DNA from: Oscillospiraceae bacterium
Lineage (GTDB): Bacteria > Bacillota > Clostridia > Oscillospirales > Oscillospiraceae
NCBI GenBank assembly: GCA_021202845.1
Contig: JAJQCF010000028.1
Span: 3,796-67,795 of the forward strand
DNA: 64,000 nt
Direction: 5' to 3'
A program made the position numbers and the translations under genes. Of this stretch, positions 21,261-29,811 are shown one piece after another (the first letter of the stretch is position 1; each line of letters begins with the position of its first letter). The notes beneath the pieces are model-generated. The model was not told the DNA's origin, searched no databases, and was given only the letters and a program-made list of their open reading frames with translations.

Positions 21261-21280
21261 GGGTTAGCAATTTCTAACCC
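21261..21280. promoter_or_regulatory. Perfect palindrome GGGTTAG-CAATTT-CTAACCC just downstream of the feo promoter -10 (candidate metalloregulator operator)
   Basis: 7-bp perfect inverted arms with a 6-nt spacer, 12 nt downstream of the TATACT -10 box of the feoA-feoA-feoB promoter. Confidence 0.45.
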
Positions 21281-21291
21281 TCGCAAATGTA

Positions 21292-21320
21292 AGTATACGC
21301 TAACTCCGCATACTTGTCAA
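21292..21320 (-). promoter_or_regulatory. Candidate promoter of the feoA-feoA-feoB operon
   Basis: Minus strand reads TTGACA - 17 nt - TATACT. Confidence 0.5.
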
Positions 21321-21371
21321 CACTTTTTTTCGGCCGCGGAGCGAATTTCGACACGCTCCGCGGACAGGCTC

Positions 21372-24300
21372 TCAAATCTCCGTCCAGACGCCCGGGGTGA
21401 GGAAGCAGAGCAGGCGCGAGGCCACGGGCAGGGAGGTGATGCGCTCAAGGGCGCGGGCATAGGCTGCAAGCTGCTCGGCGTACTCCCGCGCGCGCTCGGG
21501 TACGGCGGAGGCGGGTATGCGGTCGGTTTTGTAGTCGATGACTGTTATTTGCCCCTTTTCCACAATCCAGCAGTCAACAATGCCCTGCAAAAGTATTTCG
21601 TCACCGACCGAGGCGGAGGCAAAGTAGTCCGCGGCGGGGGTCAGCAGCGTGAAGCGGAACTCGCGGTGAACCTCCTCGGCGGCGAGTATGCGCCGCCCCT
21701 CCGGCGAGGCGAAAAGACGCGCGACCGCCGCTGCGTCCACGGCTGCGGCCTCGTCGGGCGTCAGCAGCCCTTCGGCTTCCAGACGCAGAATTTCCGCGCT
21801 CACGTCCTCCGCGGAGCCGACCTTGGCGAAATCTATATATTGCAGCAGCGTGTGCGTGGCTGTGCCGCGCTCGGCGGCGGTCAGGCGCGGCGCGGCGTCC
21901 GCTGTCGGCAGCCTGAGCGGGCGCGGGGGAGGTGTCAGCAGCCGCTCCGCCTCGGGGTCGGCGTCATCGCGGCGCAGATTTTTCAGCTCCGTGGCCGTCA
22001 GCTTGGACGGCAGGCTGACCGACCCCGCCCACGGGTAGCGCCAGTCCAGCGCCTGCCCCAGCTCCGCGCTGCCGCGCGCGGCCTGCTCGGAGGCGGCAAG
22101 GCTGTCCGGCTGCTCGCTCTCCTCTGCGTCGGGGTTCACGTTCAGGGTAATGACGCTCTCGTCCGCCAGTGCCGCGGCGGCCAGCCAGACGGAGGGCGAG
22201 GAGTCGCGCAGCAGGCAGACGGGAGAGAGCGCCGCCTCCCGCTCGGCGCGCAGCTTTTGCAGCGTCTCCTGCGGCTTTTCCCACGTGCAGGACATGAAAA
22301 GCCGCTCCCGCGCGCGGGTTAGCGCCACGTAGAGCACGCGCACTTCCTCCGAGAGCATTTCCCGCTTCAGCACCGCGGAAATGGCCATGCGCGAGAGGGA
22401 GCTGTACTCCACGCCGCGCGCCGTGTCCGTCACCTTGGGACCCATGCCGAGGCGCGGGTGCAGCAGAACGCTGTCGCGCAAATCCAGCTTGTTGAACTGT
22501 TTGCCCAGCGCGCAGAGGAACACAAAGGGGAACTCCAGCCCCTTGCTCTTGTGTATGCTCATTATCTCCACGCCGCTCGTCCCGTGGGGCGAGGGCTCCT
22601 CGCCGCGCTCGGAGAGGGTGCGCAGCCACTTAACAAAGCGGTAAACCCCGCGCCCGCCGGAGCTTTCAAACCTCTGCGCCAGCTCGAACAGCGCCATGAG
22701 GTTCTCCCGCCGCGTCTCCGCCTCCGGCATGGCGGCGCAGACTGCGAAAAGCCCCGTCTCGTTTATAACGCGCCAGAGCAGGCGGCTCATGCTCAGCTGC
22801 TCCGCGGCGGCGCGCAGAGAATTTAATGTATCCAAAAAGCTCTGACAGCGCCCGCCGCGCTCGGCGGCGCACTTGGTCAGCGCGCCGTAAAAGTCCTCGT
22901 CCGGCGCCGCGGCGCGTATCTCCGCCAACTCGTCGGGCGAAAAGGCGAAAAGCGGCGAGCGCAGCACGGATATCAGCGGCACGTCGGAGTGCGGGTCGTC
23001 GATTATATCCAGCAAATCCACCGTCACGGAGACCTCGGTGCTGACAAAGTAGCCGCCCGCGCCGCCGGAGCCGGTGGGCACGCCCGCGCGCTCCAATTCC
23101 CGACGGAACACAGCGCCCGTCGTCCCGGGGGAGCGCAGCAAAATGGCGAAGTCCTCGGGGCGGCAGGCCCTCTCCGCGCCGTTTTCGCGCACCGGCGCGC
23201 CGAGAGCGAGCATATTTTTAATTTTCAGCGCCGTGAAGCGCGCCTCCGCCGTCAGCTTGTCGTCAAACGGGTCGTCGCCGTCGGGGGAGAATATATTAAA
23301 CTCGGCGGGGCAGTCCGTACCCTCGGGGTAGTCGCGCGCGCCGAAGAGCAGCGCGGCGTCCTCGCCGTAGTCCAGCTCGCCCAGCTCGCGCGTCATTATC
23401 TGCCCGAAAACGAGGTTGGCCGCGTCCAGTACGCAGCGGCGGGAGCGGAAGTTTTCCCGCAGCAGAATTTTTTCCGGCGCGTCGGGGGCTGTTGAGCGCA
23501 GCTTTTCCAAAAATATTGTCGGGTCGGCGAGGCGGAAGCGGTAGATGCTCTGCTTCACGTCGCCCACCATGAACAGGTTTTCCCCGTCGCGGCTGACGGC
23601 GCGGAATATGGCCTCCTGCACGGCGTTCACGTCCTGATACTCGTCCACCATTATTTCCGTGTAGCGCGGGCGCAGACCGAGGGCGAAGTCCGTGGGCGAG
23701 CCGTCGGGGCGCACTAACAGCTCTATGGCAAGGTGCTCCAAGTCGGAGTAGTCAAGGCTGTCGGCGCGGCGCTTTTCCGCGGAGTAGGCTTTGTCCAGCT
23801 CCAGCGTCAGCTCCAGCAGCGCGCGCATGGCGGGCGCGGTACGGCGAATATCCGACATCAGCGAGGCGGAGGCGGAGGAGAATGTTTTGGACAGCTCCTC
23901 GCATATCCCCTTGCACGTCTCGCGCAGAGCCTTCAGCCGCGCGGCCTGCTCGGGGTCCTCCGGCGAGCGCAGGGCGCGCAGCGCGGGCAGCGTCAGCGGC
24001 ACGGCCTCGTGCGCTTTATCCCAGCCCATGTCAAGGCGGCGGCAGAAGTCCCGCAGCAGCGCCGCGCCCTCGGAAAAGGCGGCGAGATAGGCTTTTTTCA
24101 GCTTTTCCCCGCCCGCGGCAATCTCCTGCGCGGCGCGCTCCAGCGTCTCGGCGCACCACTCGGCGTCAGCGTGCGCGGCGGAGAGCAGCTCGCGCCCCCA
24201 GACAGTCTCGTCCGCGGCGCAGTCGAGGCTCTCCAGCTCCGCGGCACGCTCCGCCGCCCAGCGTTCGGGGTAGGGCTGGGCGCGCAGCTTTTCATGCAGC

Positions 24301-24836
24301 GAGAGCACTATATTCGCAAGGCGGCTGTCGTCGCGCCCTGCGCCCACGGTGTCCACCAGCAGACGAAACGGCTCGTCGTCCATTATGCGCTCATAGCGCG
24401 CGTCCAGCACCTTTTCCAGCGCACGGGCGCGCATGGCCTCCGCGCGGTCGCCGTCGGCCACGCCGAAGGAGGGCGGGAGGCCCAAAATGTGGCTGCCCTC
24501 GCGCAGCAGCGAGGCGCAGAAGGAGTGAATTGTGCCGATGGGCGCGCTGTAGCAGAGGTTTTGCTGGCGGCGCAGCCTGCGGTCGGTCGGGTCGACCGCC
24601 GCCAGCGCGCCCAGCGCGGAAATTATGCGCTCGCGCAGCTCCGCCGCCGCCGCACGGGTGTAGGTTATGACAAGGAATGTGTCTATGTCCTTGGGGTCGG
24701 CGCTGTCCGTGACGCGGCGCACCAGCCGCTCCGTGAGCACGCGCGTTTTGCCGCTGCCAGCGCCCGCGGAGACGAGCGCCGCACGGCCGCGCAGCTCAAT
24801 GGCGCGGCGCTGGTCAGTGGTAAATTCAAAGCTCAT
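21372..24836 (-). CDS. addA: ATP-dependent helicase/nuclease AddA
   Basis: 1154-aa ORF. It has a UvrD-like helicase N-terminus (FTTDQRRAIE...VSAGAGSGKT), DEYQD, and a C-terminal RecB-type nuclease region (GIVDCWIVE...DYKTD). It overlaps addB by 4 nt. Confidence 0.9.
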   Translation of the reverse strand: MSFEFTTDQRRAIELRGRAALVSAGAGSGKTRVLTERLVRRVTDSADPKDIDTFLVITYTRAAAAELRERIISALGALAAVDPTDRRLRRQQNLCYSAPIGTIHSFCASLLREGSHILGLPPSFGVADGDRAEAMRARALEKVLDARYERIMDDEPFRLLVDTVGAGRDDSRLANIVLSLHEKLRAQPYPERWAAERAAELESLDCAADETVWGRELLSAAHADAEWCAETLERAAQEIAAGGEKLKKAYLAAFSEGAALLRDFCRRLDMGWDKAHEAVPLTLPALRALRSPEDPEQAARLKALRETCKGICEELSKTFSSASASLMSDIRRTAPAMRALLELTLELDKAYSAEKRRADSLDYSDLEHLAIELLVRPDGSPTDFALGLRPRYTEIMVDEYQDVNAVQEAIFRAVSRDGENLFMVGDVKQSIYRFRLADPTIFLEKLRSTAPDAPEKILLRENFRSRRCVLDAANLVFGQIMTRELGELDYGEDAALLFGARDYPEGTDCPAEFNIFSPDGDDPFDDKLTAEARFTALKIKNMLALGAPVRENGAERACRPEDFAILLRSPGTTGAVFRRELERAGVPTGSGGAGGYFVSTEVSVTVDLLDIIDDPHSDVPLISVLRSPLFAFSPDELAEIRAAAPDEDFYGALTKCAAERGGRCQSFLDTLNSLRAAAEQLSMSRLLWRVINETGLFAVCAAMPEAETRRENLMALFELAQRFESSGGRGVYRFVKWLRTLSERGEEPSPHGTSGVEIMSIHKSKGLEFPFVFLCALGKQFNKLDLRDSVLLHPRLGMGPKVTDTARGVEYSSLSRMAISAVLKREMLSEEVRVLYVALTRARERLFMSCTWEKPQETLQKLRAEREAALSPVCLLRDSSPSVWLAAAALADESVITLNVNPDAEESEQPDSLAASEQAARGSAELGQALDWRYPWAGSVSLPSKLTATELKNLRRDDADPEAERLLTPPPRPLRLPTADAAPRLTAAERGTATHTLLQYIDFAKVGSAEDVSAEILRLEAEGLLTPDEAAAVDAAAVARLFASPEGRRILAAEEVHREFRFTLLTPAADYFASASVGDEILLQGIVDCWIVEKGQITVIDYKTDRIPASAVPERAREYAEQLAAYARALERITSLPVASRLLCFLTPGVWTEI

Positions 24837-27800
24837 TTTTCGCCCTCCCCGTTCTCGTTTTCCAGCAGCCCCCAGACCTCGTCGGACTTCATCTTGTGGA
24901 GTATGCGCGGCATGTCCGTCTCGCCGTCGAAGCGGCAGGCGCGGCGGTAGTCGCAGAATTCGCAGGCCGAGTCCGTGCGGGAGCGGAAGTAGGGGTCGGC
25001 CTCGATGCTGCCCGCCCTCGTTTCCCGCGCCAGTGAGCGGAGCAGCCCCGAAATATGTCGGCTGAGCTGCCCGAAGCGCTCCGCCGAGGCGAGCGCGGAG
25101 CCGACGTGCGCGCCGTCTTTGAACTTCACGGGGATAAACTTGGGCGCGGTGCCGTGCTCCATTGCGTTCAGCACGTCCTCGTCGTCCAGCACCATCCCGC
25201 TGCGCCGCCGCTTCTTGGCCTTTTCCTCAATTATCTGCTCGTCGGTCAGCTCTGTGGGCGAGGAGATGAGCGCGTCGCGCGCGGGGACATACAGCACTCC
25301 CGCGGGCACTATCTCCGCGCCGTAGCGCACCGAGCCGCTGCGCTCCAAGGCAAAGAGGTAGAGCAGCATTTGCAGCCCCAGCCCGTACCACACGTCGGAG
25401 AGCGAAAAATCTTTGCGCCCCGTTTTGTAGTCCACAACGCGCAGGTAGAGCTTGCCGCCGTGCAGCCAGCCGTCCACGCGGTCGGCAATGCCCGTCAGCG
25501 TCAGCCCCTCGCCCAGCTCTATCGGCGGAATGTCCCCCGCGGCGGAAAAGTCCAGCTCAAAGTCCAGCGGAACGAAGTCAGAACCTCGCAGCTCCTCCGC
25601 CATGTCCGCCACAACCGCGCGCACCGTGGCGCTCAGGCGCTTGAAAAGGTAGACAAAGCGCGGGGACTTGTCGCGGAAGTTGTTCAGAGTTTCTTCTATA
25701 TATTTGGCGACGTATTTATCGCACAGCTCGTCCGTGCGCTCGCGCCGCACGTCGGCAAAGCCGCCCTCGGCCTGTATGTCCGAAGCCACGCCTTGGAGCA
25801 CAAAGTGCATGAACGTGCCCATTTCCGGCGGTGAAAAGGCCGCGCTGCGGCGGGGCTTGGCCTTGAGGCCGTATTGCAGGAAGTAGGCAAAGCGGCAGGA
25901 GGCCAGCTTTTCCGCGCGCGAGGCGGAAAGACGCAGACGGTCGCCGTAAAGACTTTTCACCGCCTTGCCCGAGAGCCGCCCGCGGCCCATTGCCGCCGCC
26001 GTTTGTATCCGCTCTAACTCCGCGCCGCGGTCGTTCGCGCGGAAGTATTCCGCCGTCCCCGCGTCGCCCGCGCAGGCCAGCTCGAACGCCGGTTCCGCCG
26101 CCAGCATACGGCAGCGCCGCAAATCAATCTGCGTCTCGCTAAGTGAGAATATCTCCGCCGCGCGCGTCACCACGAACGCCGGCTGTGCCGCCGCGCCGCC
26201 TTCATCCGCCGTGCAGCGGCTCATGTAAAGCGTCTCCGACGGCAGCGTGAGGCAGTTATACAGCAGCGAAAATTCGCGGTAGAGCCTGTCCGGCGCGCTC
26301 TCGCCGATGGGCAGACCGAGACCGGCCAGCGTCTCGCGGTCGCTGTCCGTGAATATGCCCGCCGAGGGCGACGGCATGGGAATCCGCGCGCTGCCGCAGC
26401 CGAGCACTATGAGGTGCTTTATGTGGCGGCGGCGCATCCTGTCCATGTCTCCGGCGGAAACGCGGTCGAGCGTCAGCGGTATCGTGCCCACGTCGTAGCC
26501 GTCAAGGCAGAGGCAGAAAAGCCGCCCAAATGTCTCCTGCTCCATTTCCATGCCGCCCAGCACCGCCGCGCACTGTTCCAGCGCTTCCACAGTGATGTCC
26601 CAGAGCTGCGCCGAGACCGCGGCCTCCTGCTCCATGCCGGCGCTCCGCAGAGCCTCGACCCGCGCGGACATTATCTGCGGCAGCTCCAGCGCGGCAAAAT
26701 AATCAGCCAGTGCCTTAGCCTGCTCGCGCGCCGTGCCGCCGCGCCCGCCCTCCTGCAATATTTTTAACGGCTGTACCACGCGGCGGCGCAGAGCGTTTAT
26801 GCGTTCAAGCCGCGCCGAGGCCGCGTCGTCAAATTTTTCGGCAAAGCCCGCGGGGTGCTGCGTCCAGTCCGCCTCGCGGTACCATGCGCTGCCGCGCAGC
26901 TGCCACAGCAGCGCGTAGCCGCACAGCTCGTCGCTCTCGTCCGCGCTCAGCCCCGTGAGGCCGGATTTTATGTAGCCGAGCACGTCGTCAGCGTCCCAGC
27001 CGCCGGTGACGATGTCGAACGCGGCGCGTATCAGCGCGGGCAGCGGCTCGGCGGAAAGGCTGCTCTTGCGCGCGGTGTAAAGCGGCACGCCGTAGCGCTC
27101 GAACACCGCCTCCAGCGCCGCGCGGTAGTCCTCGAACCCGCGCACGGCCACGGCAATGTCCCGCCAGCGGCAGCCCGCGCGCGCCAGCTCAAGGCAGCGC
27201 GCCGCCGCGCCCTCGCACTCCGCCGTCACGCTCTGCGCGCTTTTCAGCACCACCGCGCCGCCGCTCTCCGCACGCACAGCGCCAAAGGCGAAAAGCCCGC
27301 ACTCCACGGCGTCCATAGGCGCGTCGGTGTAGTTTTTCTGCGTTTTTTCTATTGTATACTCCACGCCCAGCGACTGCGCAATGCGCACAAGCTCTCCCGC
27401 GGCGCGTTGGCTGGGCTCGAATATTTCGTGCCCCTCGGTCAGCGCGTCACAGGTCAGGCATACCGTGGCGTCGCCGCCGCAGCGCAGTATGGCCGCAATA
27501 ACGTCCAATTCCTGCCGTGTGAAGTCCGTAAAGCCGTCCAGCCAAAAGCGCGAGCGCGCCAGCGGCGAGGCGGGCAGAGCCGCGGCCAGCTCCGTCAGCG
27601 CGTCGGTCGGGTCGGCGTGACCCTGCGCGGCCACGGCGCTGTAGCCCTCGTATATGAGCGCGAGGTCGCGCATTTTGCCGCTCAGTCCTCCGCTGCAGCG
27701 CTCCGCTGTCTCCGTGAGCGCTTCCGGCCCGATGCAGGCGGACTTGAGCTCGTCGATAGCGCCCAGCAGCTCGCTCTGCAGCTCCGGCGAGCGCCGCGCG

Positions 27801-28123
27801 CTGCCGTACACCCTGAGCCTCGGCCCTGCGGCGTCCAGCGCGAGCGCCATGCACAGTCTGCGCCCGCACTTGTCCAGCCGCTGCACTCTGCGCCCGCTTT
27901 GCGCCTCCACCCGCTGGGCAAGGCGCGAGAAGCTCAGCACCTCGGCGTGCAGACTCATGCGCTCCCCGACGGCGCGCAGCAGCTCGCGCTCCGCCTCGTG
28001 GCTGTACTGCTCCGGTGCCAGCAGCACCATACCGCGTTCTCCGGCAGCCGTGAGAGCCGCAATCTCCGCCATAGCCGCCGCCGTCTTCCCGCTCTTAGCG
28101 CGCCCGATAATAATTTTCAGCAT
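24833..28123 (-). CDS. addB: ATP-dependent helicase/deoxyribonuclease AddB
   Basis: 1096-aa ORF with N-terminal Walker A (GRAKSGKT), a C-terminal nuclease (VDYKTG) and a Cys cluster (CEFCDYRRAC) typical of the AddB Fe-S domain. Confidence 0.9.
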   Translation of the reverse strand: MLKIIIGRAKSGKTAAAMAEIAALTAAGERGMVLLAPEQYSHEAERELLRAVGERMSLHAEVLSFSRLAQRVEAQSGRRVQRLDKCGRRLCMALALDAAGPRLRVYGSARRSPELQSELLGAIDELKSACIGPEALTETAERCSGGLSGKMRDLALIYEGYSAVAAQGHADPTDALTELAAALPASPLARSRFWLDGFTDFTRQELDVIAAILRCGGDATVCLTCDALTEGHEIFEPSQRAAGELVRIAQSLGVEYTIEKTQKNYTDAPMDAVECGLFAFGAVRAESGGAVVLKSAQSVTAECEGAAARCLELARAGCRWRDIAVAVRGFEDYRAALEAVFERYGVPLYTARKSSLSAEPLPALIRAAFDIVTGGWDADDVLGYIKSGLTGLSADESDELCGYALLWQLRGSAWYREADWTQHPAGFAEKFDDAASARLERINALRRRVVQPLKILQEGGRGGTAREQAKALADYFAALELPQIMSARVEALRSAGMEQEAAVSAQLWDITVEALEQCAAVLGGMEMEQETFGRLFCLCLDGYDVGTIPLTLDRVSAGDMDRMRRRHIKHLIVLGCGSARIPMPSPSAGIFTDSDRETLAGLGLPIGESAPDRLYREFSLLYNCLTLPSETLYMSRCTADEGGAAAQPAFVVTRAAEIFSLSETQIDLRRCRMLAAEPAFELACAGDAGTAEYFRANDRGAELERIQTAAAMGRGRLSGKAVKSLYGDRLRLSASRAEKLASCRFAYFLQYGLKAKPRRSAAFSPPEMGTFMHFVLQGVASDIQAEGGFADVRRERTDELCDKYVAKYIEETLNNFRDKSPRFVYLFKRLSATVRAVVADMAEELRGSDFVPLDFELDFSAAGDIPPIELGEGLTLTGIADRVDGWLHGGKLYLRVVDYKTGRKDFSLSDVWYGLGLQMLLYLFALERSGSVRYGAEIVPAGVLYVPARDALISSPTELTDEQIIEEKAKKRRRSGMVLDDEDVLNAMEHGTAPKFIPVKFKDGAHVGSALASAERFGQLSRHISGLLRSLARETRAGSIEADPYFRSRTDSACEFCDYRRACRFDGETDMPRILHKMKSDEVWGLLENENGEGEK

Positions 28124-28186
28124 TGAAATACCCCGCTAATATACAAAACGACCGCCCGCCAGCGGGAGGCCGTTCTATGGTTAATT

Positions 28187-28753
28187 TTGAATAAAAACAG
28201 CCGAACCGTCAGCCATCGGCACTTTAATATTCATTATAACAATTCAGCCCGCATTGTCAAGAAAAAGCTCAATGCCGCCCACGGCAACAGTACAGAGGAC
28301 GTTGCCGAGCAAAATGCGTCCTCTTACGCCCGCGCGGCGGCTAAGGTTATTATGGAGCAGGACGAGCCTGTGATATTGGTTGGGCACAGCCTCGGAGGCG
28401 CGGTTATATCGCTTTGCGCGGAGATTTGTCCGCAAAAGATTAAGCGTCTTGTTTATATCGCGGCATGGCTGCTGAAATCAAGGTGCAGCGTTGACGGACC
28501 AATAAGCATGAGGCCGTTGAACTGGGCGCACAAGAATCCCGAAGCTCCGGCCGCTCAGTATGAGCCTGTTTATACAACGGAAAAGTTTGAATCAATCCCG
28601 CGAGTGTATGTCCGCACAACGCTTGATATGTCAATACTGCCGGAAATTCGGGATAAAATGCTTGAGGAGCTGCCGTGCGAACGTGTTTATGCCATTCCAT
28701 CCGGACATATGGTTCGGCTTTCAAAGCCCGATGAACTGAACGCAGTAATATGA
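28187..28753 (+). CDS. Alpha/beta hydrolase fragment, possibly N-terminally degraded
   Basis: Nucleophile elbow VGHSLGG and C-terminal ...IPSGHMVRLSKPDEL are present. The usual N-terminal HG oxyanion strand and about 30-40 residues appear missing or degenerate. TTG start, and the surrounding DNA is AT-rich. Confidence 0.45.
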   Translation: MNKNSRTVSHRHFNIHYNNSARIVKKKLNAAHGNSTEDVAEQNASSYARAAAKVIMEQDEPVILVGHSLGGAVISLCAEICPQKIKRLVYIAAWLLKSRCSVDGPISMRPLNWAHKNPEAPAAQYEPVYTTEKFESIPRVYVRTTLDMSILPEIRDKMLEELPCERVYAIPSGHMVRLSKPDELNAVI

Positions 28754-28758
28754 CCTGT

Positions 28759-28797
28759 GCACCTGCCGTATAATTCAGTATTTGCGGCAGGTGCTTT
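28759..28797 (+). terminator. Intrinsic terminator
   Basis: 10-bp stem GCACCTGCCG / CGGCAGGTGC followed by TTTC. Confidence 0.5.
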
Positions 28798-29495
28798 CAA
28801 ATACTCGCAATTAAGCAAGAAAAGAGAACTAAAACAATCGCTTTCTAAAATTTAGCATACAAATCTGAAAATCCAATTAATTGCTGCGGTTTTGCGTCGA
28901 AAACAGCGCCCGCATCACAATAATTTGTATAATTTTTAGTCAATTTGCAATATAATAATCTTCACCATTACCATGATAATGCGCACTGTATTTGCTCATT
29001 TTATAAGCTACAATGAGCTTTAACATGAATTTCGGAAACAGGGCGCGGTATTTCTATAAATAGCACCTCCGAAGTTCAATTTGAGTGCATATCACCGACA
29101 AACAAAAAGGAGAAAGAGTTATGAACAAAAGAGCCATTTCCATCATTTTTACGCTGGCAATGCTGCTCAACGGTACGGGAGCGCAATTTTCCGTAGACTA
29201 CGACGTAACCGAGGCCTATATGTGGCTGGTCGAGACGGTTTCGCGGAAGCCATTGATTATTTGAGCGCACTTGCGTGAGGTCACTCGGTAATAGCGCGGC
29301 ACGAAGCGGTTGCTCTCGTAGAAACGTTTCCCGCGGGCAGAGCAGTCCTTCATTTCCAAAGCAAACGAATTCGGCTGTATTGGGGGGTTGAAGAAATCTG
29401 TGATTTATGTGATAATGTCACGGAACTCTCTTGGGAATACTGATAAAATACAATTACAAACAATACAAAACAATACAAAACAAGGAGGAAACGAC

Positions 29496-29801
29496 ATGAG
29501 CGTTATCAACATCACAAAAAACAATTTTCGTGAGGAGGTTCTGGCCTCCGATAAGCCTGTGCTTTTGGACTTCTGGGCGAGCTGGTGCGGGCCGTGCCGC
29601 ATGGTCAGCCCATTTGTGGACGAAATCGCCGCCGAGCGCGACGACATCAAGGTGGGCAAGGTCAACGTAGACGAGCAGCCGGAGCTTGCCGCGGAGTTTC
29701 GGGTCACAAGTATTCCTACACTGGCGGTTGTCAGGGACGGCAATGTAACGAACCGCGCCGTCGGTGCGCGCCCCAAAGAGCAGATTTTAGCTCTGCTGTG
29801 A
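29496..29801 (+). CDS. trxA: Thioredoxin
   Basis: WCGPC active site (DFWASWCGPCRM), 101 aa, and AAGGAGG 7 nt upstream of the ATG at 29496. The longer track ORF starting at 29388 is rejected. Confidence 0.9.
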   Translation: MSVINITKNNFREEVLASDKPVLLDFWASWCGPCRMVSPFVDEIAAERDDIKVGKVNVDEQPELAAEFRVTSIPTLAVVRDGNVTNRAVGARPKEQILALL

Positions 29802-29811
29802 GGGAGACATT

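Noticed and set aside
21331-21362. GC-rich hairpin CCGCGGAGCG/CGCTCCGCGG after addA as a terminator
   Set aside because: On the addA (minus) strand the hairpin is followed by an A-run, not a U-run, so it is not a canonical intrinsic terminator. It may still be a stabilising or pause structure.
29270-29390. Minus-strand start MKDCSARGKRFYESNRFVPRYYRV as a transposase or integrase fragment
   Set aside because: I could not match it to any family from memory, and it overlaps the opposite-strand remnant ORF. It is treated only as part of the AT-rich remnant patch.
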